This document shows positions 48,869 to 58,877 of a stretch of 64,000 nt of DNA, piece after piece. Source of the DNA: Bacilli bacterium (GTDB lineage Bacteria; Bacillota_I; Bacilli_A; RFN20; CAG-826); contig JAKSUZ010000003.1 in assembly GCA_024408505.1 (NCBI GenBank), forward strand, positions 14,668 to 78,667, written 5' to 3'. The position numbers and the translations under genes were made by a program. Position 1 is the first letter of the stretch; the number at the start of each line of letters is the position of its first letter. The notes below the pieces were generated by a model, which was not told the origin of the DNA, searched no databases, and saw only the letters and a program-made list of their open reading frames with translations.

Positions 48869-49202
48869 CACTCCAATCTAGGTGACTACTAGTTAGCTAG
48901 AGGAAAGTCCATGCTCGCACTAACTGTGATGTTAGTAGTGATTGTGCTAGCGGAAAAAATAACGCTAGGTATAGTGGTGTATAACGGCGGAACCGCATCC
49001 CTAAAGGATAATAAGTTCCTGAAAGTGCCACAGAGACGAGCTGCTAAGCAATTAGCAGAGTGAAACGTTGGTAAACCCCACAAGCGAGAAACCTAAATAT
49101 TGGTAAGGGAAGTTCGTTAAGCAAACTGAAGCAAGACGAGCAAGCTTAGGCTTAGATAAATTGTCACCCACGACAGAACATGGCTTATCGGATTGGAGAC
49201 CT
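48869..49202 (+). ncRNA. rnpB: RNase P RNA, type B (Firmicutes/Mollicutes type)
   Basis: P1 pairing CTCCAATC (48871-48878) / GATTGGAG (49191-49198). P4 strands GAGGAAAGTCCATGCTCGCAC and ACAGAACATGGCTTA. Confidence 0.95.
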
Positions 49203-49205
49203 ATT

Positions 49206-49234
49206 AATCTATCCTTAATTGGGTAGATTTTTTT
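49206..49234 (+). terminator. Terminator of rnpB
   Basis: AATCTATCC / GGGTAGATT stem (one G-U pair) followed by T7. Confidence 0.75.
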
Positions 49235-49273
49235 ATGTGCTGGTTAAAATATTATTGTATAATATTTTTAGTT

Positions 49274-49948
49274 ATGAATACGCCGACTAAAATTACCTTT
49301 TCTCGAATCATTGCGATTACTTTAATGGTGATTACTTTAATCGTTTTAGACATTATCGCTGGAATAAATGGACCGATTTTAGCTCCGCTATATCATATTG
49401 GTCTTGGAATTACCCACATCAACATCATGGGTCTAGTGTTATGTATTTTCTTTATCCTTGCCGCCTCGACTGATGCACTTGATGGTTATTTAGCAAGAAA
49501 GAATAATCAAGTAACCGATTTAGGTAAGTTCCTTGATCCAGTCGCGGATAAATTATTAGTGAATTCTTTATTAATCTTTTTATGCGTTGAACATTCGTAT
49601 ATGAATCCACAATATGTAATTCCGTATATGTTTGTACTATTAATGATTGCGCGTGATATTGTGGTTGATGCACTTAGATTCATTGCTGCTAAAAAGAATG
49701 TAGTGATTGCTGCGAATATATTTGGCAAAGCTAAAACCGTTGCACAAATGGTAACAATTCCAGTTGTATTGCTTAATGGTTGGCCGTTCTCTTATTTTGA
49801 TCAAAGCTGGAACCCTTATATAAGAATTGTTTCATTTATGATTTATATTACTACCGCATTATCACTCATTTCTGGTGTTATCTACGTTGTTCAAAATAAA
49901 GGCGTATTAAAAGATGGAAGCAAAAAAGCTAATAAGTCTTCTAAGTAA
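49274..49948 (+). CDS. pgsA: CDP-diacylglycerol--glycerol-3-phosphate 3-phosphatidyltransferase
   Basis: CDP-alcohol phosphotransferase motif DALDGYLARK...G..LDPVADK. Start at ATG 49274. Confidence 0.9.
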   Translation: MNTPTKITFSRIIAITLMVITLIVLDIIAGINGPILAPLYHIGLGITHINIMGLVLCIFFILAASTDALDGYLARKNNQVTDLGKFLDPVADKLLVNSLLIFLCVEHSYMNPQYVIPYMFVLLMIARDIVVDALRFIAAKKNVVIAANIFGKAKTVAQMVTIPVVLLNGWPFSYFDQSWNPYIRIVSFMIYITTALSLISGVIYVVQNKGVLKDGSKKANKSSK

Positions 49949-50387
49949 GAAGAAATTAACTATTGGTAGTGTTGAATCATTAACCGCTGGTTTATTTATC
50001 GCGACCTTAGCGGAGGTTCCAGGCGCTAGTAAAGTAGTGCGTGGGGGTTTAATTACTTATCAAACCGGTTTAAAAACATCTTTATTAGGTATTAAAAAAG
50101 AAGTTATTAAGAAATATGGTGTAGTAAGTAAAGAGGCTGCTACTTTGATGGCTAAAGAAGGAAGTAAAATACTTAAAAGTGATATTGTAGTTTCTTTTAC
50201 CGGAAACGCTGGTCCAACTAAGGAACCAGGAGGCGCAGAAGTAGGAAGAGTGCATATAGCCATATTATGTAAACCAGACGAGGGTAACGTAAAAAAATTT
50301 ACAAAAGTCTATAAAGGCCCAAGGAATGCGATAAGGAAGGCAGTTGTGAGTGATGCAATTAGCCTTATTTACCAAAAAATAAAATAG
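49914..50387 (+). CDS. cinA: CinA C-terminal domain protein (nicotinamide-nucleotide amidohydrolase PncC-like)
   Basis: GSVESLTAGL and SFTGNAGP motifs, located upstream of recA. Confidence 0.85.
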   Translation: MEAKKLISLLSKKKLTIGSVESLTAGLFIATLAEVPGASKVVRGGLITYQTGLKTSLLGIKKEVIKKYGVVSKEAATLMAKEGSKILKSDIVVSFTGNAGPTKEPGGAEVGRVHIAILCKPDEGNVKKFTKVYKGPRNAIRKAVVSDAISLIYQKIK

Positions 50388-50420
50388 CAAAATGTGTATA
50401 AAGGAATAGGAGGACAAAAT

Positions 50421-51431
50421 ATGTCAAAAGAAGAAAAAAATGTAAATTTGCTCAATGCGATTAAGAACATTGAGAAGATCTATGGAAAAGGTAGTGTCAT
50501 GCGTTTAGGCGAAAGACCTAACATTGATGTTGATACTATTTCCACTGGTTCATTATTACTTGATAATGCACTAGGTGTTGGTGGTTATCCAAAAGGAAGA
50601 ATTATCGAAATCTATGGACCAGAAAGTAGTGGTAAGACCACTTTAGCCTTACACGCGATTGCGGAAGCACAAAAGAAAGGTGGTAAAGCTGCATTCGTTG
50701 ATGCGGAGCATTCAATTGATCCAGTCTACGCAAAAAAGCTAGGTGTTGATATTGATGAATTAATCTTATCGCAACCAGATAGTGGTGAAGAAGCGTTAGA
50801 GATTACTGAATTATTAGCCCAATCAGGTGAGATTTCAATTATCGTTGTTGATTCAGTTGCTGCTTTAGTCCCACAAGCTGAGCTTGATGGTGTAATGGCG
50901 GATAACCAAGTCGGTCTACAAGCTCGTTTAATGAGTAAGGCTATGAGAAAACTTGCTGGTGTATTAAACAAAACCGAAACCACAGTAATTTTTATCAATC
51001 AATTAAGAGAAAAGGTTGGTGTGATGTATGGTAATCCAGAAACCACTACTGGCGGCCGTGCGCTTAAGTTCTACGCAAGTGTTCGTTTAGATATTAGACG
51101 TAGTGAAGCAATTAAAGATGGCAATGACATCATCGGTAATACCGTAAAAGTTAAAGTGGTAAAGAACAAAGTTGCGCCACCATTTAAGACTTGTAACATT
51201 GATATCATTTATGGCACTGGTATCTCAGCGAAAGGTGAGATTCTTGATATCGCTATTGAAAAGGGATTCATTAAGAAATCTGGCTCATGGTATGAACTCG
51301 ATGGCGAAAAGATTGGTCAAGGTCGAGATACCGCAGTTGGTTATCTAAACGATCACCAAGCCTTAGTCGATGATCTTTTAGCAAGAATTAAAGCTAGTAA
51401 AAAAGAAGAAGATAAAAAAGATAAAGAATAA
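50421..51431 (+). CDS. recA: Recombinase RecA
   Basis: GPESSGKTT and IVVDSVAAL motifs. Start at ATG 50421 behind GGAGGA. Confidence 0.95.
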   Translation: MSKEEKNVNLLNAIKNIEKIYGKGSVMRLGERPNIDVDTISTGSLLLDNALGVGGYPKGRIIEIYGPESSGKTTLALHAIAEAQKKGGKAAFVDAEHSIDPVYAKKLGVDIDELILSQPDSGEEALEITELLAQSGEISIIVVDSVAALVPQAELDGVMADNQVGLQARLMSKAMRKLAGVLNKTETTVIFINQLREKVGVMYGNPETTTGGRALKFYASVRLDIRRSEAIKDGNDIIGNTVKVKVVKNKVAPPFKTCNIDIIYGTGISAKGEILDIAIEKGFIKKSGSWYELDGEKIGQGRDTAVGYLNDHQALVDDLLARIKASKKEEDKKDKE

Positions 51432-52046
51432 TTAGAGAACGATTTCTTTAATATTTTTCACCGGTGTGCCTTTATTACATATGGCGAACTGGTGGTTATC
51501 TTTTTGAAAACTTTTGAAATAATAATTTTTGATTGATTTTAAGTTAATGGTGTTCATCCCAGCGGATAGACCTTTACCAATGCATTTAGTGTAGCTTTCT
51601 TTCTTGGTCCACATTAAATAGAAATCATTAATTTGATTTTTACTTTTACTAAATTCTTCAATTTCTTTTTCATCAAGAACATAATTAACAATTTCTTTTA
51701 TGTCTTTTTGCGGTTTTATATGTTCTACATCCACCCCAATAAGAGAATCGCTAATTGCTACGATTACATAGTTCCCGCTATGCGAAAGATTGAAATGAAT
51801 ATTAGAATTAAGCAAATATAGTTTCCCGTTTTGATCAATTCGAAAGTTACTATCGCGATAGCTAATTTTTTCATCTTCTAGTAATTTTAGTAACAAAGAA
51901 AACGCCGCAACACTTCGCATCCTATCTTCTTCATTAATGAAATTATTAGCTCGTTTCTGTCGATTTTTTGGTAGTGCTTGATAGTATGCTAAATACTTTT
52001 CCTGGTTATAAAGTGGGTCAATTTTTGCATAATAAACTTTAAGCAT
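51432..52046 (-). CDS. 4'-phosphopantetheinyl transferase (Sfp type)
   Basis: GVDVEHI and WTKKESYTKCIGKGL motifs. Confidence 0.8.
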   Translation of the reverse strand: MLKVYYAKIDPLYNQEKYLAYYQALPKNRQKRANNFINEEDRMRSVAAFSLLLKLLEDEKISYRDSNFRIDQNGKLYLLNSNIHFNLSHSGNYVIVAISDSLIGVDVEHIKPQKDIKEIVNYVLDEKEIEEFSKSKNQINDFYLMWTKKESYTKCIGKGLSAGMNTINLKSIKNYYFKSFQKDNHQFAICNKGTPVKNIKEIVL

Positions 52047-52170
52047 AATTCAACTTTTATACTATATCACAACTATTAGAATAAAAAAATAAGCACCTTT
52101 AGGTGCTTCCTAGAAAAAATTTGAAATTGCTAGATTGATTTTGCTACAATACATCCGAAGAGGTAGCATT

Positions 52171-52818
52171 ATGGAACAAATACCAGATATCTTTAGACGG
52201 GGCAAAGTCGCCTATGATGAATTATGTTTAAAACTTTTTAACATTTATAAAATTTTGCCATTAAAAGCAAGAAAAGAATTATTTCAAGATAAGAGTAAGA
52301 AACTAAATGATGATCCTGAATCAATGGGATTTAAGAATATGCGTAAAGACTTTAACGCTTTAGTTCAATACGCATTACTTGATGCTGGCACTACCAGCGA
52401 TAAGGTTTCTTACTTAGAAATGCTTTATGTTGCTGATATTGGTGATTTAGAGGTTAGATTAGACCACTATTTAGCGGATACCCTTAAAAAGAGCGATAAG
52501 CGCTTTAAATGCACTTACTTAATGCTTCCAGATCAACTCCCGGATGATGTTCTTTATTTTAAGAAATGTATTTTTGAATATATTGAGCCGATGAGAGTAC
52601 GCATTATGAAAGCTTTCCAAATTGCTACTAAGTTAGGCAAAAAGATGAAGATTCAAGAATATCTTTTAAGAGATTTTGCCGAGCTCTACGAAGCTTTCCT
52701 TACCGTAGATAAGCGTATGGAAAAAGAAGACCCAATGATTGCGGTTGGTAAAATGAAAGAATTCTTCTTTGAACATATCAAAGATTACAAGAATAAAGTT
52801 AAGAGCTTACTTAAGTAA
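52171..52818 (+). CDS. Hypothetical protein
   Basis: 215-aa ORF. Promoter TTGAAA, 18 nt spacer, TACAAT, with a GAAGAGG SD. No motif recognised. Confidence 0.55.
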   Translation: MEQIPDIFRRGKVAYDELCLKLFNIYKILPLKARKELFQDKSKKLNDDPESMGFKNMRKDFNALVQYALLDAGTTSDKVSYLEMLYVADIGDLEVRLDHYLADTLKKSDKRFKCTYLMLPDQLPDDVLYFKKCIFEYIEPMRVRIMKAFQIATKLGKKMKIQEYLLRDFAELYEAFLTVDKRMEKEDPMIAVGKMKEFFFEHIKDYKNKVKSLLK

Positions 52819-52839
52819 AGTAGTTAAAAAACAATAACT

Positions 52840-52866
52840 AGAGACCCTAAAGGGTCTCTTTTTATT
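52840..52866 (+). terminator. Rho-independent terminator
   Basis: GAGACCC-TAAA-GGGTCTC followed by T5. Confidence 0.85.
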
Positions 52867-53002
52867 TCTTAAAAATATTATATATTTTGTTCTATAATAG
52901 TTGCTGTACGTATATTGCGTATAAATTATTCTATTAATTAAAAATTAATATATTCACATAATTTATCTTATATAACAGTACATATTTTTTAGGAGACCTA
53001 TT

Positions 53003-54565
53003 ATGGACAACACAGCAGTTGCTTTCATGGTTCTTGCTATCGTTGCTATTTTAGCTTGTGGTGGATTAGTGTTTTATATTATCCGCCAAAACAAAAAAGG
53101 CGCGAATGCAGAAAAGAAAGCAGAAAGACTCCTTGCCGATGCTGAAGAAAAAGGACGGAAGATTATTCATACCGCCGAAGTCGAAGCTAAACAAACGACT
53201 TATGAAGCTAAGCAAGAAGCCGACAAAGAGATTAAGGAAAGAAAGCAAGAAATTGCCAGTATTGAAAACAAACTTAATCAACGGGAAAATAGCATTGAGA
53301 GACGTGATGCTAATCTTTCCGAAAAAGAAAAGATCTTAAACGCCAAATCAGAAAAGTTTGATAGCGGCATTAAGATGAACGAAGAAAAAGCGAAAGAACT
53401 TCAAGCAAAGATTGATTCAATCATTGTCGAACTTGAAAAAGTCGCTAAGATGTCTCAAAGCGAAGCCAAAAAAGAAGTGCTTGAACGCGTGAAAGAAAAA
53501 ATGGATCATGAAATCACTGCGTATATGAAAAAGCGCGAAGAGGAAGCAGAAGAGAGCGCAGCCGATAAGGCGCGTAATCTAATTGCCCTTGCGACTAATA
53601 AGTATGCACAAGATGAAATCACGATGCATAGTGTCACTAGTGTTCAACTTCCAAGCGATGAAATGAAAGGTAGAATTATCGGTCGTGAAGGCCGCAACAT
53701 TCGTACGCTTGAACAATTACTTGGTGTTGATTTAATTATTGATGACACTCCCGAAGTAATTACGGTTTCAAGTTTTAATCCACTTCGTAGAGAAATCGCA
53801 AAGAGAACCTTGGAGTATTTAATTAAAGACGGAAGAATCCAACCATCTCGTATTGAAGAATTCGCGAAGAAGGCCGCGGAAGAAATGAATGAACAAATTC
53901 ATAAGGCTGGTCAAGAAGCCGCCTTTAAACTCGGCTTACCACATATCGCTAATGAATTATTAGACTATGTTGGTCGTCTTAAATTTAGAACTAGCTACGG
54001 TCAAAATGCTTATGACCATTCAATGGATGTTGCTTATTTAGCCGGCATTATGGCTGCTGAATTAGGCTTAGATCAAACGGTCGCTAAACGCGCTGGTTTA
54101 CTTCACGATATTGGTAAAGCGATTGACTATGAAGTCGATGGCACCCATGTTGAACTTGGCGCTCGTTTAGCCAAGAAATTTGGTGAACCAGATGTAGTTG
54201 TTAATTCAATCGCATCTCACCATGGCGATGAAGAAAGTAAGTTTGTCATTGCAACCTTAGTTGCGGCAGCGGATACTCTTTCGGCAGCGCGCCCAGGTGC
54301 AAGAAGCGAAACGCTTGAAACTTATGTTCAACGTATTGAACAACTTGAAAAGATTTGTACTTCGTATCCAGGTGTTGCGAAAGCATTCGCGATGCAATCA
54401 GGACGTGAAGTACGCGTGATGGTTGTCCCAGAACAAATTAATGATGAAGCCGCATATAAACTTGCTAGAACCTTAAAAGAAAAGATTCAAAGTGATGTTA
54501 CTTATCCAGGCGAAATCAAGATTAACGTGATTCGTGAATATCGCGCTACGGAGACCGCAAAATAA
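53003..54565 (+). CDS. rny: Ribonuclease Y
   Basis: N-terminal TM, coiled coil, KH (GRIIGREGRNIR) and HD domain (LLHDIGKA). Confidence 0.95.
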   Translation: MDNTAVAFMVLAIVAILACGGLVFYIIRQNKKGANAEKKAERLLADAEEKGRKIIHTAEVEAKQTTYEAKQEADKEIKERKQEIASIENKLNQRENSIERRDANLSEKEKILNAKSEKFDSGIKMNEEKAKELQAKIDSIIVELEKVAKMSQSEAKKEVLERVKEKMDHEITAYMKKREEEAEESAADKARNLIALATNKYAQDEITMHSVTSVQLPSDEMKGRIIGREGRNIRTLEQLLGVDLIIDDTPEVITVSSFNPLRREIAKRTLEYLIKDGRIQPSRIEEFAKKAAEEMNEQIHKAGQEAAFKLGLPHIANELLDYVGRLKFRTSYGQNAYDHSMDVAYLAGIMAAELGLDQTVAKRAGLLHDIGKAIDYEVDGTHVELGARLAKKFGEPDVVVNSIASHHGDEESKFVIATLVAAADTLSAARPGARSETLETYVQRIEQLEKICTSYPGVAKAFAMQSGREVRVMVVPEQINDEAAYKLARTLKEKIQSDVTYPGEIKINVIREYRATETAK

Positions 54566-54567
54566 TT

Positions 54568-54990
54568 ATGTTAAAGAATTTACCAAAATTATTAAGTCCA
54601 GAATTACTTAAAGCATTAAGTGAAATGGGACATGGTGATGAATTAGTAATCGCTGATGCAAACTTTCCAGCGCATAAAATGAATAAACATGTAATACGCG
54701 CAGATGGCATTTCAGGTACTGATATGCTTAAAGCTGTATTAACCGTTATTCCTCTAGACACATACGCGAAAGAAAACTTTATGCTAATGAAAACTACGAA
54801 TGGTGATCCTACTCCTGCGATTTGGAAAGAATACGATAAGATTGCCAAATCATTAGATAAGAATGTTAAGAAAAAAATGATTGAACGTTTTGCTTTCTAC
54901 GAAAGAAGTAAAGATGCTTATTTAGTAATTGAAACTGGCGAAGAAAGAATTTACGGAAATATCATTCTTAAAAAAGGCGTAATTAAGTAA
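54568..54990 (+). CDS. fucU: L-fucose mutarotase (RbsD/FucU family)
   Basis: LKALSEMGHGDELVIADANFP motif, 140 aa. Confidence 0.85.
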   Translation: MLKNLPKLLSPELLKALSEMGHGDELVIADANFPAHKMNKHVIRADGISGTDMLKAVLTVIPLDTYAKENFMLMKTTNGDPTPAIWKEYDKIAKSLDKNVKKKMIERFAFYERSKDAYLVIETGEERIYGNIILKKGVIK

Positions 54991-54995
54991 ATAAT

Positions 54996-55075
54996 AATCT
55001 CCTTATATCTTCTATAAATAGATATATCTATTTAAATGTGATATATTTAACTTATAGTTAATAAGGAGATTTTTT
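54996..55075 (+). promoter_or_regulatory. fucI leader: 11-bp anti-SD/SD inverted repeat, internal 20-bp palindrome, possible extended -10 promoter
   Basis: AATCTCCTTAT (54996-55006) pairs with ATAAGGAGATT (55061-55071), followed by TTTTT-ATG. Palindrome TAAATAGATATATCTATTTA at 55015-55034. TGaTATATT at 55039-55047. Confidence 0.55.
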
Positions 55076-56881
55076 ATGGCTAAATCAAGATTAATTGGTA
55101 GCTATCCTGTCATCGGTATTCGTCCGACGATTGATGGTCGTCGAGGCAAAATCAAGGTAAGAGAAACCCTTGAAGATCAAACCATGAACATGGCAAAAGC
55201 CGCCAAGCAATTAATTGAGAATAATGTCCGATATTCAAACGGAGAAAGAGTAAAGGTTATCATTGCCGACACCACAATCGGTCGTGTTGCAGAAGCTGCA
55301 GCGTGTGCTGATAAATTTAAGAAGGCCGGTGTTGATATTACTTTAACTGTTACACCATGCTGGTGTTACGGTGCTGAAGTCATGGATATGGATCCAATGA
55401 CCATTAAGGCGGTTTGGGGATTTAATGGCACGGAAAGACCAGGCGCAGTGTTCCTTGCTAGCGTTTTAGCAACTCACGCTCAAAAAGGATTACCAGCCTT
55501 TGGTATTTATGGTCATGAAGTTCAAGATAAAGATGACACAACGATTCCAAGTGATGTTGCAGAAAAGATTTTAAGATTTGCTCGTTGTGCAGTTGCAGCT
55601 GCTACAATGCGTGGTAAATCATATTTACAAATCGGTAGTGTTACGATGGGTATTGGTGGTTCTATTGTTGACCATAACTTCTTTGAAGATTATCTTGGTA
55701 TGCGAGTTGAATCAATTGATGAAGTCGAAATTATTCGTCGCATTGAACAAGGTATTTATAATAAAGATGAATATAAGAAAGCCTTAGCGTGGGTTAAAAA
55801 ATATTGTCGCCCTGACTTTGATAAAAATCCAAAGCAATATCAAAAAAGCGCTAAACAAAAAGAAAAGGATTGGGAATTTACGGTTAAGATGGCTTGCATC
55901 ATTGAAGATTTGTATAACGGTAATAAGAATCTTCCAAAAGGTTGGGAAGAAGAAATGGTTGGCCATAACGCTATTGCGGGTGGTTTCCAAGGTCAAAGAC
56001 AATGGACGGATTTCTATCCTAACTGCGACTTCCCCGAATCAATTCTTAATTCAACATTTGATTGGAATGGTGCAAGAGAACCATATATTCTAGCAACGGA
56101 AAACGATACTTTAAATGGCATGACTATGTTATTTATGAAATTATTAACTGGTCGCGCTCAAATGTTTGCTGATGTTAGAACTTGTTGGTCAACTAAATCA
56201 GTTAAACGTGTTACTGGTTATACACTTGAAGGTCATGCACGTGAAGCAGATGGTATCATCCATTTAATTAACTCCGGTGCGTGTTGTGTTGATGCGTGTG
56301 GTGAAGTAAAAGATAAAAATGGCAAACCAGTAATGAAGAGATGGTGGGAGACTACTCAAAAAGATATTAATACCATCATGTCACATGTTACTTGGCCAGA
56401 AGCAGATATGGGTTCGTTTAGAGGTGGAGGTTTCTCTTCTCGCTTTATTACTAGAGCCGAAATGCCTGCAACTATGGCAAGAATTAATATTATTAAGGGT
56501 TTAGGACCAGTTATGCAGATTGTTGAAGGCTGGACCGTTAAACTTCCTGATAAAGTTTGTGACATCCTTTATAAACGCACTGACTACACTTGGCCTTGCA
56601 CTTGGTTTACTCCAAGAGTCACAAAGAGTGGACCAGCAAAATCTGCTTATGATGTGATGAATAACTGGGGTGCAAACCACGGAGCCATTTCCTATGGTCA
56701 TATTGGTCAAGACTTGATTACGATGTGTTCGATCCTTCGTATTCCAGTTGCTTACCACAATGTAGATGAAGATAAGATTTATCGTCCAGCAGCGTGGAAT
56801 GCTTTCGGTATGTGTAAAGAAGGTCAAGATTATCGCGCATGCGAAACCTACGGACCAATGTATAAAAATATTCGTAAATAA
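55076..56881 (+). CDS. fucI: L-fucose isomerase
   Basis: 601 aa. N-terminus [10 protein letters not shown] and overall length are typical of FucI. Confidence 0.9.
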   Translation: MAKSRLIGSYPVIGIRPTIDGRRGKIKVRETLEDQTMNMAKAAKQLIENNVRYSNGERVKVIIADTTIGRVAEAAACADKFKKAGVDITLTVTPCWCYGAEVMDMDPMTIKAVWGFNGTERPGAVFLASVLATHAQKGLPAFGIYGHEVQDKDDTTIPSDVAEKILRFARCAVAAATMRGKSYLQIGSVTMGIGGSIVDHNFFEDYLGMRVESIDEVEIIRRIEQGIYNKDEYKKALAWVKKYCRPDFDKNPKQYQKSAKQKEKDWEFTVKMACIIEDLYNGNKNLPKGWEEEMVGHNAIAGGFQGQRQWTDFYPNCDFPESILNSTFDWNGAREPYILATENDTLNGMTMLFMKLLTGRAQMFADVRTCWSTKSVKRVTGYTLEGHAREADGIIHLINSGACCVDACGEVKDKNGKPVMKRWWETTQKDINTIMSHVTWPEADMGSFRGGGFSSRFITRAEMPATMARINIIKGLGPVMQIVEGWTVKLPDKVCDILYKRTDYTWPCTWFTPRVTKSGPAKSAYDVMNNWGANHGAISYGHIGQDLITMCSILRIPVAYHNVDEDKIYRPAAWNAFGMCKEGQDYRACETYGPMYKNIRK

Positions 56882-56892
56882 GGAGGTTTGTT

Positions 56893-58038
56893 ATGAATAG
56901 ATTTGTCTTAAATGAAACTAGTTACCATGGTCGTGGTGCTATTAAAAGCATCACTAAAGAAATCAAAATGAGAGGCTTAAAGAAAGCACTCATTTGTACA
57001 ACTCCAGAATTAATTAAATTCAAAGTGGTTGATAATGTTACGAATTTATTAAAGAAGGCTAAACTTCCTTATGTAATTTATAGCAACATCAAACCAAATC
57101 CAACAATTGAAAATGTTCAAGGTGGCGTTAAAGCCATGAAGAAAGCGAAAGCAGATTATCTTATTGCGATTGGTGGTGGTAGCGCGATTGATACTGCAAA
57201 AGGTGTTGGCATCATTATGGCAAATCCTGAGCATATCGGTGTTCGTTCACTTGAAGGTGCTGAAAGAAGTAAAAAGAAATCTTTACCAATCATTGCAATT
57301 CCAACGACCGCTGGTACAGCTGCTGAAGTCACCATTAACTATGTTATTACAGATGTAAAGAAGAAACGTAAATTCGTTTGCGCAGATCCACATGATATTC
57401 CAGTAGTTGCGATTATTGATCCAATTATGATGAGCACTATGCCGAAAGGTTTAACTGCTTCAACTGGTATGGATGCTTTAACCCATGCGATTGAAGGTTA
57501 TATCACTAAAGGAGCTTGGGAATTAAGCGATATGTTCCATCTTGAAGCAATTCGTTTAATTAGTAAGTATTTACGTGCTGCAGTTAATAATACTAAAGAA
57601 GGTCGTGAAGGTATGGCCTTAGGTCAATACATTGCCGGTATGGGCTTTAGTAATGTAGGCTTAGGTATTGTGCATTCTATGGCGCACTCACTAGGCGCAC
57701 TTTATGACACTCCACACGGTGTTGCGAATGCAATCTTACTTCCAACTATTATGAGATATAACGCTCCAGCAACAGGCGAGAAGTATCGCGAAATTGCTCG
57801 TGCGATGGGTGTAAAGAATGTTGATAAGATGAATCAAAAGCAATATCGCGAAGCAGCGATTAAAGCAGTTGAGAAATTAAATAAAGATGTAGGCATTCCT
57901 TCTAACTTAAAGAAGATTATGAAGGCTAAAGATATCAACTTCTTAACTGAGAACGCAATGAAAGATGCTTGTACTCCAGGCAACCCACGCGTCCCAAGTA
58001 AGAACGATATTATTAAACTCTATAAGTCATTATTATAA
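56893..58038 (+). CDS. fucO: Lactaldehyde reductase (iron-containing alcohol dehydrogenase)
   Basis: GGGSAIDTAK and metal-binding His motifs (HAIEG, HSMAHSLG), 381 aa. Confidence 0.85.
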   Translation: MNRFVLNETSYHGRGAIKSITKEIKMRGLKKALICTTPELIKFKVVDNVTNLLKKAKLPYVIYSNIKPNPTIENVQGGVKAMKKAKADYLIAIGGGSAIDTAKGVGIIMANPEHIGVRSLEGAERSKKKSLPIIAIPTTAGTAAEVTINYVITDVKKKRKFVCADPHDIPVVAIIDPIMMSTMPKGLTASTGMDALTHAIEGYITKGAWELSDMFHLEAIRLISKYLRAAVNNTKEGREGMALGQYIAGMGFSNVGLGIVHSMAHSLGALYDTPHGVANAILLPTIMRYNAPATGEKYREIARAMGVKNVDKMNQKQYREAAIKAVEKLNKDVGIPSNLKKIMKAKDINFLTENAMKDACTPGNPRVPSKNDIIKLYKSLL

Positions 58039-58049
58039 GGAGAATAAAA

Positions 58050-58877
58050 ATGAATTTTACTGATTCGCCTTTTGTTTGCGAAATGAAAGAAGTAACCGCG
58101 AACATGTACCGCCAAGGATGGGATGAAAGAAATGGTGGTAATATTTCTTATTTAATTGATGAGAAATATATTAAGAAGTATTTCCCAAAAGAAAAAGTTA
58201 TTCGCAAAATCCCAATGGGCTTTACTGCTGATCCAATTGTGCGTGGTAAATGTTTCTTAGTTACGGGCACTGGTAAATATTTTAAGAATGTTACTAAAGA
58301 CCCAGAGACTAATTTAGGATTAGTGAGAATTGATAAAAGCGGAAAAGTCGCTAATTTACTTTGGGGTTATAAAGATGGTGGTAAATTCACTAGTGAATTC
58401 CCGGCCCACATTATGTGCCACGCAGAACGTTTAAGAGTAAATCCAAACAATAGAATCATTATGCATACCCATCCAACTTATACCATGGCGATGGGTGCTT
58501 CAACTCCAGTAAGTGAATTAGAATTTACTAAACGCTTATGGACTAGTAATACTGAAGCAATCGTAGTTTTCCCAGAAGGTATTGGTGTGCTTCCTTGTAT
58601 GGTATGCGGTACTAATGAGATCGGAATTGCTACGGCTAAAAAGATGAAGAAATTTAGAATCGTGAGTTGGACAAACCACGGAATTTATGGTTGCGGGAAA
58701 GACATTGATGAAGCGTTTGGATTAATTGAGACAGTAGAAAAGACCGCGATGGTTTATATGATTTCATTAGGCCATGTGGTAAATGTGATTCCAGTGAATG
58801 TTTTAGTAGGTCTATGTAAGCTTTGGAATCTTAAACCGATGAAAGGAGTGTATAAACAACTCGATGCCATTAAATAA
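58050..58877 (+). CDS. rhaD: Class II aldolase, rhamnulose-1-phosphate aldolase-like
   Basis: N-terminus ...MYRQGWDERNGGNISY resembles E. coli RhaD (KGWDERNGGN). At 275 aa the length is RhaD-like rather than FucA-like. Confidence 0.65.
   Translation: MNFTDSPFVCEMKEVTANMYRQGWDERNGGNISYLIDEKYIKKYFPKEKVIRKIPMGFTADPIVRGKCFLVTGTGKYFKNVTKDPETNLGLVRIDKSGKVANLLWGYKDGGKFTSEFPAHIMCHAERLRVNPNNRIIMHTHPTYTMAMGASTPVSELEFTKRLWTSNTEAIVVFPEGIGVLPCMVCGTNEIGIATAKKMKKFRIVSWTNHGIYGCGKDIDEAFGLIETVEKTAMVYMISLGHVVNVIPVNVLVGLCKLWNLKPMKGVYKQLDAIK

Noticed and set aside
48889-49083. 64-aa minus-strand ORF
   Set aside because: It lies entirely inside the RNase P RNA gene (P4 motifs and P1 pairing are unambiguous), so it is a chance ORF.
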